Assembly: GCA_965214615.1 (NCBI GenBank)
Contig: OZ243952.1
Span: 2,573,734-2,637,733, forward strand
Reading direction: 5' to 3'
DNA length: 64,000 bases
From: Arenicellales bacterium
Lineage (GTDB): Bacteria; Pseudomonadota; Gammaproteobacteria; Arenicellales; JAJDZL01
How positions within the stretch are numbered: the stretch's first letter is position 1; the number at the start of each line of letters is the position of its first letter. Below, piece after piece: positions 36,488 through 44,363 of the stretch. The position numbers and the translations under genes were made by a program. Under the pieces are notes generated by a model. That model had not been told where the DNA came from and did no database searches. It saw only the letters and a list, made by a program, of their open reading frames with translations.

Positions 36488-36505
36488 GCCCCAATTTGCG
36501 GGGGA

Positions 36506-36515
36506 GGGGGGGGGG
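36506..36515. repeat. Homopolymeric G10 tract (C10 on the coding strand) in the leader of the giant gene, preceded by a G5 run at 36500-36504
   Basis: Read directly: 36500-36516 = gggggaggggggggggt. It lies 19-28 nt upstream of ATG 36487 and downstream of an in-frame ATG at 36544. That upstream ATG is itself preceded by an in-frame TGA at 36545-36547. Confidence 0.9.
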
Positions 36516-37161
36516 TGACGAGGAAGGAGTAAAACGCCCCACATTCATAACGATTTGGACGATCAGTCCGACGACATCGTTCAAAGCGCGCAGGTTTGGC
36601 CAATACCGCCTTTCAGAACGAAGAAACTCAATGCCGGTGATTGATCCGTTATGATCTGTATTATCCGCCTGTGCGTTGAGATTGCGATTCGTAAATGCAC
36701 AATTGCATCCTGCCTCAATGCTGATCCCAAATACTCTGGCCTGTGCTTTTGTGCTGATCGTAACCATCACTGGATTCTTCACCGAGAGTCTTTTGACTCT
36801 CCAACTTAAGGTAGTACGAAAGCAATCGACTTACCGATTGCGAAATATAGTAATTATGTTGAAATATTGTTGAGCAATCTTATTAAAGTGACAAAATCAC
36901 CCCACACCCCAATTGACGGGATTAGTTAAACCTGAGTTTGGCCATTTGTCGTAAAAACGTTGCCGGGCGGACAAGCCACTCCGTAAAGATTAGCTACCTC
37001 TATGGCGTATTCTGACAATGGCGATATGACGCGAACATTTTATAGCGGGCGGGGAGAATTGCCAACCGCTTTTCATGAAATATTTATTACCTTTCCATAT
37101 TCAAAAATCGACTCACGCAAGCATGATTATGCGCAACGGCACCTTACAAAAAGGAGATTCC

Positions 37162-37876
37162 ATGAAATTTGACTTCGCAATCAAGCACGTATTCAACACC
37201 GACCCAAGAGCAGTCGCTTCGTATCTGCGATACGTCGTTTCGCCTGAGCTTCTCGCCGCTCTCGAACTGCCCACCTTGCGTCGCGTACCGTCGGACTGGG
37301 TGAGCACGAATCTGGTGCAGCGCTTCGGCCTGGGTGGTCGACTACCGGGGCGACAGTCACACGCTGGTGGTGTTCTTTCATTTCGAGTTCCAGTCCCGGA
37401 TCGATCCGGGCATGCCGTTTCAGATGCTCACTTACGCGGGACTGCAGTATGAGGCGCTGTGGAAGGTGCGCGGCAAGACCGATTTCGGCAAAGGCCTGAT
37501 GCCGACCGTGATTGAGACGATGTTAGAACCTGGCAGCGAGGAGATTGCAAGGTATCGGCCAAGTCACCGCTACGTCGTCGTTGAAGAGGTCGAACTGCTC
37601 AAGCGCGGCGAGGCGCACCCGGGCGATTTTGCCGGAGCGCTCATGTTGCTGCGCCATCACGATGAAGCTGATGAGAAGTTGATCGAAGCGGTGCAATTCA
37701 TCCAGGAGAATGCGGACGAAGAGTCTGAGGCATATCAGGAATTGGCGAACGAGACGGCGAAGCGGATAATTGACTCCAACCGGGAGGTCAGATCAATGAA
37801 ACAATTGAAACAGGATGTGCATGACATGCGGAGCAATGTACCAATCCACAGTACAGGAGAAATGCGGGTTAGGTGA
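37162..37876 (+). pseudogene. Rpn/YhgA-like (PD-(D/E)XK) recombination-promoting nuclease/putative transposase, frameshifted
   Basis: An AAGGAG ribosome-binding site (37151-37156) precedes ATG 37162. The N-terminal part MKFDFAIKHVFNTDPRAVASYLRYVVSPELLAALELPTLRRVPSDWVSTNLVQRF is in the frame of ORF 37075..37452. The catalytic core ...VVDYRGDSHTLVVFFHFEFQSRIDPGMPFQMLTYAGLQY continues in the +1 frame (ORF 37334..37876). The E-x-Q-S/D-x-x-M-P-x-R/Q-M-L-x-Y pattern is typical of the Rpn family. The frame switch is around 37320-37335. Confidence 0.55.
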
Positions 37877-37909
37877 ATTGGGGGAAGACCCTGACTTGTA
37901 TCTGTTGCG

Positions 37910-38224
37910 TTATAGAGCGATTTGCTCAAGAGGCTGGATACCGCCAATGTTGACACTTGTAGCCGCTACGTCATAGGTATTTTGCAAATTGAGCCAAAAC
38001 TGTGGCGTTGATCCGAAAAAACGAGACAGACGCACTGCGGTGTCGACGGTGATCGGCGAAGTCTCCTTAACTATTCGCTCAATTCTACTACGCGGCACTC
38101 CTATTCGTTTGGCAAGATCGCCTGCGCTCATCTCTAGCGGCATAAGAAATTCACACTTCAATATTTCTCCTGGATGACTAGTTTGTTTCAACACAACCAG
38201 AACCTCGTCCTCAGTGGTAATCAA
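37910..38224 (-). CDS. higA: HigA-family antitoxin (XRE-type HTH)
   Basis: HPGEILKCEFLMPLEMSAGDLAKRIGVPRSRIERIVKETSPITVDTAVRLSRFFGSTPQFWLNLQNTYDV matches the HigA/VapI consensus (HPGE.L.EEFL.PLG.S...LA..LGV.R..I..I..G.R.IT.DTALRL...FGTS..FWLNLQ..YDL). The start is TTG at 38224 and overlaps the higB remnant stop by 14 nt. Confidence 0.85.
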   Translation of the reverse strand: MITTEDEVLVVLKQTSHPGEILKCEFLMPLEMSAGDLAKRIGVPRSRIERIVKETSPITVDTAVRLSRFFGSTPQFWLNLQNTYDVAATSVNIGGIQPLEQIAL

Positions 38225-38297
38225 TTATTTCAACGTCTTCTGGACCTTGATCTGTCCAAACGAAACAAATTCTCCACTGATCATTGATGCGAATGAA
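38211..38297 (-). pseudogene. higB: higB toxin remnant: only the last 28 codons remain, 5'-truncated at the tRNA
   Basis: The minus-strand translation FIRINDQWRICFVWTDQGPEDVEIIDYH* equals the C-terminus of HigB 'killer protein' family toxins (...INDQWRICFRW..G...DVEIVDYH). The roughly 65 N-terminal codons are missing. The frame runs straight into the CCA end of tRNA-Ala at 38298. Confidence 0.75.
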
Positions 38298-38373
<76 letters not shown>

Positions 38374-38424
38374 AAATCGCTGCGCGTGACCGATGCCTGC
38401 GGCATCGGCGGCTATTGTACTAAG

Positions 38425-38453
38425 CCTGCGAAAACCTGCGGATATTTTTCGCA
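38425..38453 (-). terminator. Inverted repeat between gltX and tRNA-Ala; weak candidate terminator or processing hairpin
   Basis: CTGCGAAAA (38425-38433) and TTTTCGCAG (38445-38453) are perfect reverse complements around an 11-nt loop. On the minus strand a shorter CTGCG/CGCAG hairpin is followed by GTTTTC. This is not a textbook GC stem plus U-run. Confidence 0.25.
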
Positions 38454-38540
38454 GCGCCATTATAAGTCAGTTTCAAATTCCTGTTCCCAACCAGATTCCG
38501 CCCTCCACAACACGACTCGGCCGGACCGCTGAATGCAATG

Positions 38541-39956
38541 TCAATCGCCCGCTTTGTCCGCAATCCACTCAATTGCACAATCAAGCCGCCGCTTCGACAC
38601 GTCCGCTCCAATCAGCTTGATTGTCACATCGATCCCCGGGGAAACAGTCCCTCCCGTCAAAGCGACCCGCGCAGGCTGGGCGATCGCGCCGAATTTCACC
38701 CCGTTGCTTTCGACAATTTCGCTCAAGACCGCATGAATGCCGTCCTTGCCCCACTCATCGATCCGGTCAAGACTGTCGCGCAACTGTGTCAATAGCGAAG
38801 CGGCTTCGGCGGTCAGATGCTTGCGCGCCGCAGACTCGTCGTATTCGCCGATGTCCTGAAAAAAATACCGGCTCTGGTCGACCAGTTCGCCGATTGTCTT
38901 GGAACGCGTCTTTTGAACTTCGACAACCTCGGCCAAATCCGGACCCGAAGATTCCGTATCGATTCCCCGGGAGGCGAACGCCGCCTGTGCCGCTCCGGCA
39001 AGCCGATCCGCATCCGCAGACATGATGTGCTGATGGTTGATCCACTCGAGCTTTTTCTCATCAAGCGACGCAGGCGATCGGTGTATGCGGCCCGCATCGA
39101 ACAACTCGATCAACTCATCGACACTGAATATTTCCTTATCGCCATGAGACCAGCCCAGGCGGGCCAAGTAATTCAGCATCGCTTCGGGCAAATATCCCCG
39201 GTCGCGATATTCCAGCACACTGGGCGGATTGTCCCGCTTGGAAATCTTCTTGCCCTGAGACGATAGAATCATCGGAACATGCCCGAAGCGCGGGGACTGC
39301 GCACCGAATGCCCGATACAGGTTGATCTGACGAGGCGTATTGTTCAAATGATCATCGCCGCGCAGCACATGGGTGATACCCATGCCCAACTCGTCAACTA
39401 CAACCGAAAAGTTGTACGTCGGCGATCCGTCGGAGCGGATGATGATCAAGTCATCCAATTCGCTGTTGCTATAGGTGACGCTGCCTTGCACAAGGTCGTC
39501 AACCACCACATCGCCTTGCAGCGGATTCTTGAATCTGATCACCGTGCTCCCATCTTCGGCCGGCTGAATTCCGCGGTCCCGGCAACGGCGGTCGTATCTT
39601 GGCTTCGCACCTTGGCGCTCCATTGTCTTTCTCAGCTCGTCCAGTCGCTCCCGGGTACATTCGCAATAGTAGGCGTCGCCCTGCTCGACAAGCTTGCGCG
39701 CCTCAAGCCGGTATGCCGCCCCGCGCTCGGACTGGAACATCGGCGGCTCATCCGGCACCATCCCGAGCCAGTCAAGGGTTTCAAGGATTAGCGAAGTGAA
39801 CTCATCGGACGAGCGCACACGATCGGTATCCTCGATTCGAAGCAGGAATTTTCCGCCCTGCTTGCGTGCGAACAGCCAGGAAAAAAGCGCGGTGCGCACC
39901 GATCCGATATGGATCACGCCAGTCGGGCTCGGAGCGAATCGGGTCACAACAGACAT
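38541..39956 (-). CDS. gltX: Glutamate--tRNA ligase
   Basis: 471 aa. MSVVTRFAPSPTGVIHIGSVRTALFSWLFARKQGGKFLLRIEDTDRVRS carries the class-I HIGH motif region, and KISKRD is the KMSKS-type motif. Confidence 0.95.
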   Translation of the reverse strand: MSVVTRFAPSPTGVIHIGSVRTALFSWLFARKQGGKFLLRIEDTDRVRSSDEFTSLILETLDWLGMVPDEPPMFQSERGAAYRLEARKLVEQGDAYYCECTRERLDELRKTMERQGAKPRYDRRCRDRGIQPAEDGSTVIRFKNPLQGDVVVDDLVQGSVTYSNSELDDLIIIRSDGSPTYNFSVVVDELGMGITHVLRGDDHLNNTPRQINLYRAFGAQSPRFGHVPMILSSQGKKISKRDNPPSVLEYRDRGYLPEAMLNYLARLGWSHGDKEIFSVDELIELFDAGRIHRSPASLDEKKLEWINHQHIMSADADRLAGAAQAAFASRGIDTESSGPDLAEVVEVQKTRSKTIGELVDQSRYFFQDIGEYDESAARKHLTAEAASLLTQLRDSLDRIDEWGKDGIHAVLSEIVESNGVKFGAIAQPARVALTGGTVSPGIDVTIKLIGADVSKRRLDCAIEWIADKAGD

Positions 39957-40012
39957 TGCGGCAACTTAAGGAATTGGTGATAAGGGCTTATGAATACTTG
40001 CGAAAACGCAAT

Positions 40013-40954
40013 CTATCGCGCGGCGGCCGATACTTTGCATTCAAGCGCCTCGACGATGTCGTGATGATACGCCTTTTCATCAAATCTGCACAGCTCCTGA
40101 AGCCCTGTCGGGCTGGTAACGTTGATTTCAATCAGCTTTCCGCCGATTACGTCGATTCCAGCATAAAAGATTCCCTGATCGCTCAGACCCTGCCTGATTC
40201 TGCGGCAGATGGCATGATCGACCTCGTCCAATTCAGAACGGACCGCAACTCCGCCCTGATCCAGATTATTCAACTCCCTGCCCTCGGCATGCACACGCAA
40301 GATTGCTCCGACCGGCTCGCCGTCGAGCAAATGGATGCGCTTGTCTCCATGCGCCGCAGCGCTAAGATACTCCTGGGCAATCACCCAATGCCTTCCGTTG
40401 CTGGTGATCTGATCAATCATCGATTCGTCATCGCCGGATCCGTAAAACACGATGCCCTCGCCGCCGTGACCGTCAACAGGCTTAAGCGTCAAGCGGCCGC
40501 GAGATGCTTCAAAGCGCAAAATTTCCTCCTTGCTCCGCGTCACCAGGGTGGCCGGGGAGATGTCGGGATAGCAAAGCGCTGCAAGCTTTTCATTCCAGTT
40601 TCTTATCCCTTCCGGACGGTTGACGATAACCGTGGTGCCGCCAATCAGATCCAGCAGCAATGTCGCGTACAGATAGCTGCGATCAACAGGCGGATCCGTG
40701 CGAACAACGATCGCATTCATCCCGGAAAGCACGGCACGTTCTTCGGTCAATACTGAAAATGGATGCTCCGGAGAATCATGCACGGCAACGCTCTGGACAT
40801 GCGCGGATACCACGCCGTCAATCACCTGCATCGAGTTTTGATTAAAATAGAATACTTTGTGACCGCGCTGATAAGCGGCAAGCATCAGATAATAGGACGT
40901 ATCCTTGTATGCTTTTACGGACTCCAAGGGGTCCATCAGAAATGCGAGATTCAT
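40013..40954 (-). CDS. gshB: Glutathione synthetase (ATP-grasp)
   Basis: MNLAFLMDPLESVKAYKDTSYYLMLAAYQRGHKVFYF aligns with the E. coli GshB N-terminus (MIKLGIVMDPIANINIKKDSSFAMLLEAQRRGYELHY). The listed ORF starts 11 codons earlier at 40987, and I prefer the ATG at 40954. Confidence 0.85.
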   Translation of the reverse strand: MNLAFLMDPLESVKAYKDTSYYLMLAAYQRGHKVFYFNQNSMQVIDGVVSAHVQSVAVHDSPEHPFSVLTEERAVLSGMNAIVVRTDPPVDRSYLYATLLLDLIGGTTVIVNRPEGIRNWNEKLAALCYPDISPATLVTRSKEEILRFEASRGRLTLKPVDGHGGEGIVFYGSGDDESMIDQITSNGRHWVIAQEYLSAAAHGDKRIHLLDGEPVGAILRVHAEGRELNNLDQGGVAVRSELDEVDHAICRRIRQGLSDQGIFYAGIDVIGGKLIEINVTSPTGLQELCRFDEKAYHHDIVEALECKVSAAAR

Positions 40955-41092
40955 TGCGCAGCAGCCCGACACAGTCAAATTGGACAAATTTTATACCAAA
41001 CAACGTCAGCCAGTGACTTGTCAAGCCAACTCGAAGATGCGTACCTGATCGCCCGTCCTCGCGCAGCCACAATCGAAAACCGGAGCCCAAAC

Positions 41093-42772
41093 GTGACATC
41101 CGCCACCAATTTCATTCGCCAGAAAATCGATGAGGACATCGCCTGCAACAAGCATGGCGGCCAAGTCGTGACTCGGTTTCCGCCGGAGCCGAACGGCTAT
41201 CTGCATATCGGCCACGCCAAATCCATCTGCCTGAATTTCGGGATTGCGAAAGACTACGGCGGCCGGTGTAACTTCAGATTCGATGACACGAATCCGGGCA
41301 AGGAAAATATCGACTATGTGAACTCGATCATCGAGGATGTCCGCTGGCTCGGCTACGGAAAAGATGAGCCGCTGCATGCATCCGGCTATTTTGAACGGCT
41401 TTACGGCTTTGCCGTCGAATTGATCGAAAACGGCACCGCCTACGTGGACAGCCTGACGCCCGAGCAAATGCGGCAATACCGCGGAACCCTGACCGAGCCA
41501 GGCGTCGACAGCCCCTACCGGAACCGTTCGGCCGAGGAGAATCTCGATCTGTTCCGACGCATGCGCAGCGGCGAATTTGCCGACAACGAGCACGTGTTGC
41601 GCGCAAAAATCGACATGAGCTCGGGAAATATCAACATGCGCGATCCGGTCATCTACCGCATCCGGCATCTGGCGCATCCGATAACCGGCACAAAATGGTG
41701 CATCTATCCGATGTACGACTTCGCCCATGCGCTGTCCGACGCAATCGAAGGCGTAACCCATTCGCTGTGCACTATGGAATTCGAGGATCATCGCCCCTTG
41801 TACGACTGGTGCATCGACAATGTCAGCGCCCCAAGCAAACCGGAACAGACTGAATTTTCCCGCCTGTCGCTCGAATACACAGTGCTCAGCAAGCGGCTTC
41901 TGACCCGACTCGTCGAGGACAAGCTGGTCGACGGCTGGGACGACCCGCGCATGCCCACGATCTCCGGCCTGCGCAACCGCGGCTATACGCCGAATTCGAT
42001 TCGCGAATTCTGCAGCCTGATCGGCATCACAAAGAAATTCAACGAAGTCGAAATGCCGGTTCTGGAAAATACAATACGCCAGGAACTCGACCGCGATGCC
42101 CCGCGCACGATGGCCGTAATGCATCCGATACGCGTCGTCATTGAGAATTTTCCAGACGAACAAGTCGACTGGCTCGAAGCTCAGAACCATCCGAAGCGCC
42201 CCGAAGCCGGAACCCGCACGATTCCCTTCAGCAAGGAAATATACATTGACGCCGACGATTTCAGGCTTGAGCCGGAAAAGAATTTTTTCCGTCTCGCACC
42301 CGGCGTCGAAGTAAGACTTCGCTACGCCTATCTGATTACATGCGTAGAAGCGGTGACCGACGAAACCGGAAGCGCAGTCGTAGAGCTTAGGTGCCGCTAC
42401 GACCCGCAAAGCCGCGGCGGCGTGGCTCCGGACGGGCGAAAGGTCAAAGGCACGATACACTGGGTCGACGCAAGGCATAGCGCGCCGGCGCACATACACC
42501 TGTATGAACACCTGTTCACCGTCGCCAACCCGGGCGCGCAGAAGGATCGCGAATTCCGGGAACTGATCAATCCGCACTCTCACGTCGTAAACATCAATGC
42601 GCGCGTCGAACCGGACGCAGCGAACGCGCCCGAATTGAGCCGATTCCAATTTGAACGAAACGGCTACTACTATCTGCGCCGAGCGGGCGGCAACGGCAAG
42701 CCGGCCGAATTCGTCCGCACCGTCTCTTTGCGGGATTCGCGCGGCAAGGCCGCTAGGCGCCAATCCGGCTGA
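41093..42772 (+). CDS. glnS: Glutamine--tRNA ligase
   Basis: ORF 40763..42772 carries a 110-codon spurious N-terminal extension that overlaps gshB. The in-frame GTG at 41093 gives (M)[51 protein letters not shown], which is collinear with the E. coli GlnS N-terminus (..[48 protein letters not shown]). Confidence 0.9.
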   Translation: [559 protein letters not shown]

Positions 42773-42793
42773 GCATGAATCGGGGCGGATCCT

Positions 42794-43258
42794 GTGAAAC
42801 TTAGAACATCGGAGCCGTGGATGCCGGCCGACGAGTACGGACATTCGCTGCGCGGACTGACGATCAATCTGCTGGTCAGCGACATGGAGGACGCGCTGCA
42901 ATTCCAGACTCGGGTTATCGAGGCATCGATCGTCTATTCGGATCCCGATTTCGCCGTCCTCGGCGGATACGGCAGCGAGTGGATGCTGCATGCGGATCAT
43001 GCCTATGACGGCAATGTCCTATACGGATTCGTCAAAAATGCAGAGGCCCGCGGAATCGGAATCGAGTTGCGGCTGCACGGATGCGATCCGGATCAGGCTG
43101 CAATGCGGGCGCGGAATCATGGATTCATCGTCATCGCAGATGCCGCGGACAAGCCGCACGGACTCCGGGAAAGCTACATCGCCGACAACGACGGATATAT
43201 CTGGGTCCCTGACGTTCCGACGCAGACCCGTAGCGTAAACCCATCTGAACAACCTTAA
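42794..43258 (+). CDS. VOC (glyoxalase/bleomycin-resistance/dioxygenase) superfamily protein
   Basis: 154 aa with a GTG start. The C-terminal ...PHGLRESYIADNDGYIWVP resembles the VOC-fold signature (..R.....DPDG..W). The assignment is by motif only. Confidence 0.5.
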   Translation: MKLRTSEPWMPADEYGHSLRGLTINLLVSDMEDALQFQTRVIEASIVYSDPDFAVLGGYGSEWMLHADHAYDGNVLYGFVKNAEARGIGIELRLHGCDPDQAAMRARNHGFIVIADAADKPHGLRESYIADNDGYIWVPDVPTQTRSVNPSEQP

Positions 43259-43276
43259 GCGCCTGAAGCAGCAAGC

Positions 43277-43285
43277 TGTGATAGA
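43277..43285 (+). promoter_or_regulatory. Candidate extended -10 promoter element (TGaTAGAAT) upstream of sohB
   Basis: ctgTGaTAGAATcc lies 34 nt upstream of the sohB start at 43319. No good -35 element is present, which is acceptable for extended -10 promoters. Confidence 0.25.
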
Positions 43286-43318
43286 ATCCTGCGCCTACCC
43301 AACTGAGCGACTGCACCT

Positions 43319-44353
43319 GTGGAATATTTAGCCCAATACGCTGTTTTCTTCGCAAAAGCACTGACTGTTTTTGCGTTTGTTGTCATTCCCATACTTTTGA
43401 TCGGGGCGATCTCGTCACGCCAGCGCGAACACCAGAAGGAACACCTCGAGGTCAATCACCTCAATCAGCGATACGAGGCGATGTCCAACTCGATCCAGTC
43501 CATTCAAATGCCGAAAAAGCAGTTCAAGGAGCAGCAGAAAAAGCACAAGAAGGAGCAAAAGAAAAAGCACAAGCAAGCCTCGGCAGACCAAGCCGACCGA
43601 AAGCGGGTCTGCATGCTGAACTTCGAAGGGGATGTCCAGGCATCGCAAATCGACAAGATGCGCGAGGAAATCACCGCGATACTCACGCTTGACGACAAGC
43701 CGGACGAGGTGGTGATCAAGATTGAAAGCATGGGCGGCGCCGTGCATGCGTACGGGCTGGCCGCATCGCAGCTGGCGCGCATCAAGGACAAGGGCATCGC
43801 GCTGACAGTCGCAGTGGACAAGGTGGCGGCCAGCGGCGGCTATCTGATGGCCTGCGTCGCCGACAAAATCATCGCCGCACCATTCGCTGTGCTCGGATCT
43901 GTCGGCGTACTGGCGCAGATCCCCAACTTTCACCGCGCACTCAAGGAGCATAACGTCGACTATCACGAATTTACCGCCGGCGAGTACAAGCGCACCGTAA
44001 GCATGTTTGCCGAACCGACCGAAAAGGGCAAGGCAAAGCTGAAGGAAGACATCGAGCAGGTGCACGATCTTTTCAAGGATTTTGTCAAATCGTACCGGCC
44101 GCAGATTGATCTGGATAAGGTCGCTACAGGCGAGCATTGGCACGGGACCAAGGCGATCGAATTGAATCTCGTCGACGAATTGCGCACCAGCGACGACTAT
44201 CTGCTCGAGTCAAGTTCCGACGCCGATATCTACGAAATCAAGTTCGTGCGCAAGCAGAGTTTTGCAGAACGCCTGAAGCCGTCTGTAGAGGGCGCGTTGC
44301 GGCTGCTGGCCGGACGGCACTCGAATTCTATCAATCCCATGGGCAGAATCTAG
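43319..44353 (+). CDS. sohB: Peptidase S49 family inner-membrane protease SohB
   Basis: The protein has an N-terminal TM segment and a Lys-rich linker (KKQFKEQQKKHKKEQKKKHK). The S49 core follows: VDKVAASGGYLMACVADKIIAAPFAVLGSVGVLAQIPNFHRALKEHNVDYHEFTAGEYKRT. Confidence 0.85.
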   Translation: MEYLAQYAVFFAKALTVFAFVVIPILLIGAISSRQREHQKEHLEVNHLNQRYEAMSNSIQSIQMPKKQFKEQQKKHKKEQKKKHKQASADQADRKRVCMLNFEGDVQASQIDKMREEITAILTLDDKPDEVVIKIESMGGAVHAYGLAASQLARIKDKGIALTVAVDKVAASGGYLMACVADKIIAAPFAVLGSVGVLAQIPNFHRALKEHNVDYHEFTAGEYKRTVSMFAEPTEKGKAKLKEDIEQVHDLFKDFVKSYRPQIDLDKVATGEHWHGTKAIELNLVDELRTSDDYLLESSSDADIYEIKFVRKQSFAERLKPSVEGALRLLAGRHSNSINPMGRI

Positions 44354-44363
44354 ACGTACCAAA

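Noticed and set aside
1-36487. The regular ~1.2/3.15-kb periodicity could suggest a CRISPR array, satellite DNA or an integron-like cassette array.
   Set aside because: The repeat units are hundreds of codons long, diverged mostly in a codon-respecting way, and form one continuous reading frame. There are no short direct repeats with unique spacers and no attC-like sites.
1-36487. RTX-type GGxGxD nonapeptide repeats or a T1SS signal in the giant protein (strings such as LGGGATGSGTV look superficially similar).
   Set aside because: The strings occur once per module inside a beta-sandwich context, not as tandem nonapeptides. The C-terminus, where an RTX block would lie, is outside the window, so no claim can be made.
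36480-36782. The 100-aa minus ORF directly upstream of and overlapping the giant gene start, and the in-frame upstream ATG at 36544, as possible real N-terminal extensions or a leader peptide.
   Set aside because: The sequences have no signal-like or domain-like features and no RBS. The MHKFLQF... signal peptide begins exactly at ATG 36487. They are kept only as context for the G10 tract finding.
36600-38297. I looked for a second copy of the tRNA-Ala 3' end (attL/attR direct repeat), an integrase, or IS inverted repeats flanking the higA/Rpn segment.
   Set aside because: None was found in the window. The other island boundary, if any, must lie beyond the 3' end of the giant gene outside the window.
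40763-41092. An N-terminal 110-codon extension of the glnS ORF, and likewise 61789..62160 for the AlaX ORF, 52085..52240 for SCO and 49074..49100 for nirK.
   Set aside because: The extensions overlap neighbouring genes or precede clear signal peptides or RBS-linked internal starts. Homolog N-termini, as I remember them, match the shorter versions.
41021-43000. A 659-aa minus-strand ORF, the longest listed ORF in the core region.
   Set aside because: It is antisense to glnS, whose product aligns residue-by-residue to known GlnS. Its Arg/Ala/Gly-rich low-complexity product is typical of antisense frames in GC-rich coding DNA.
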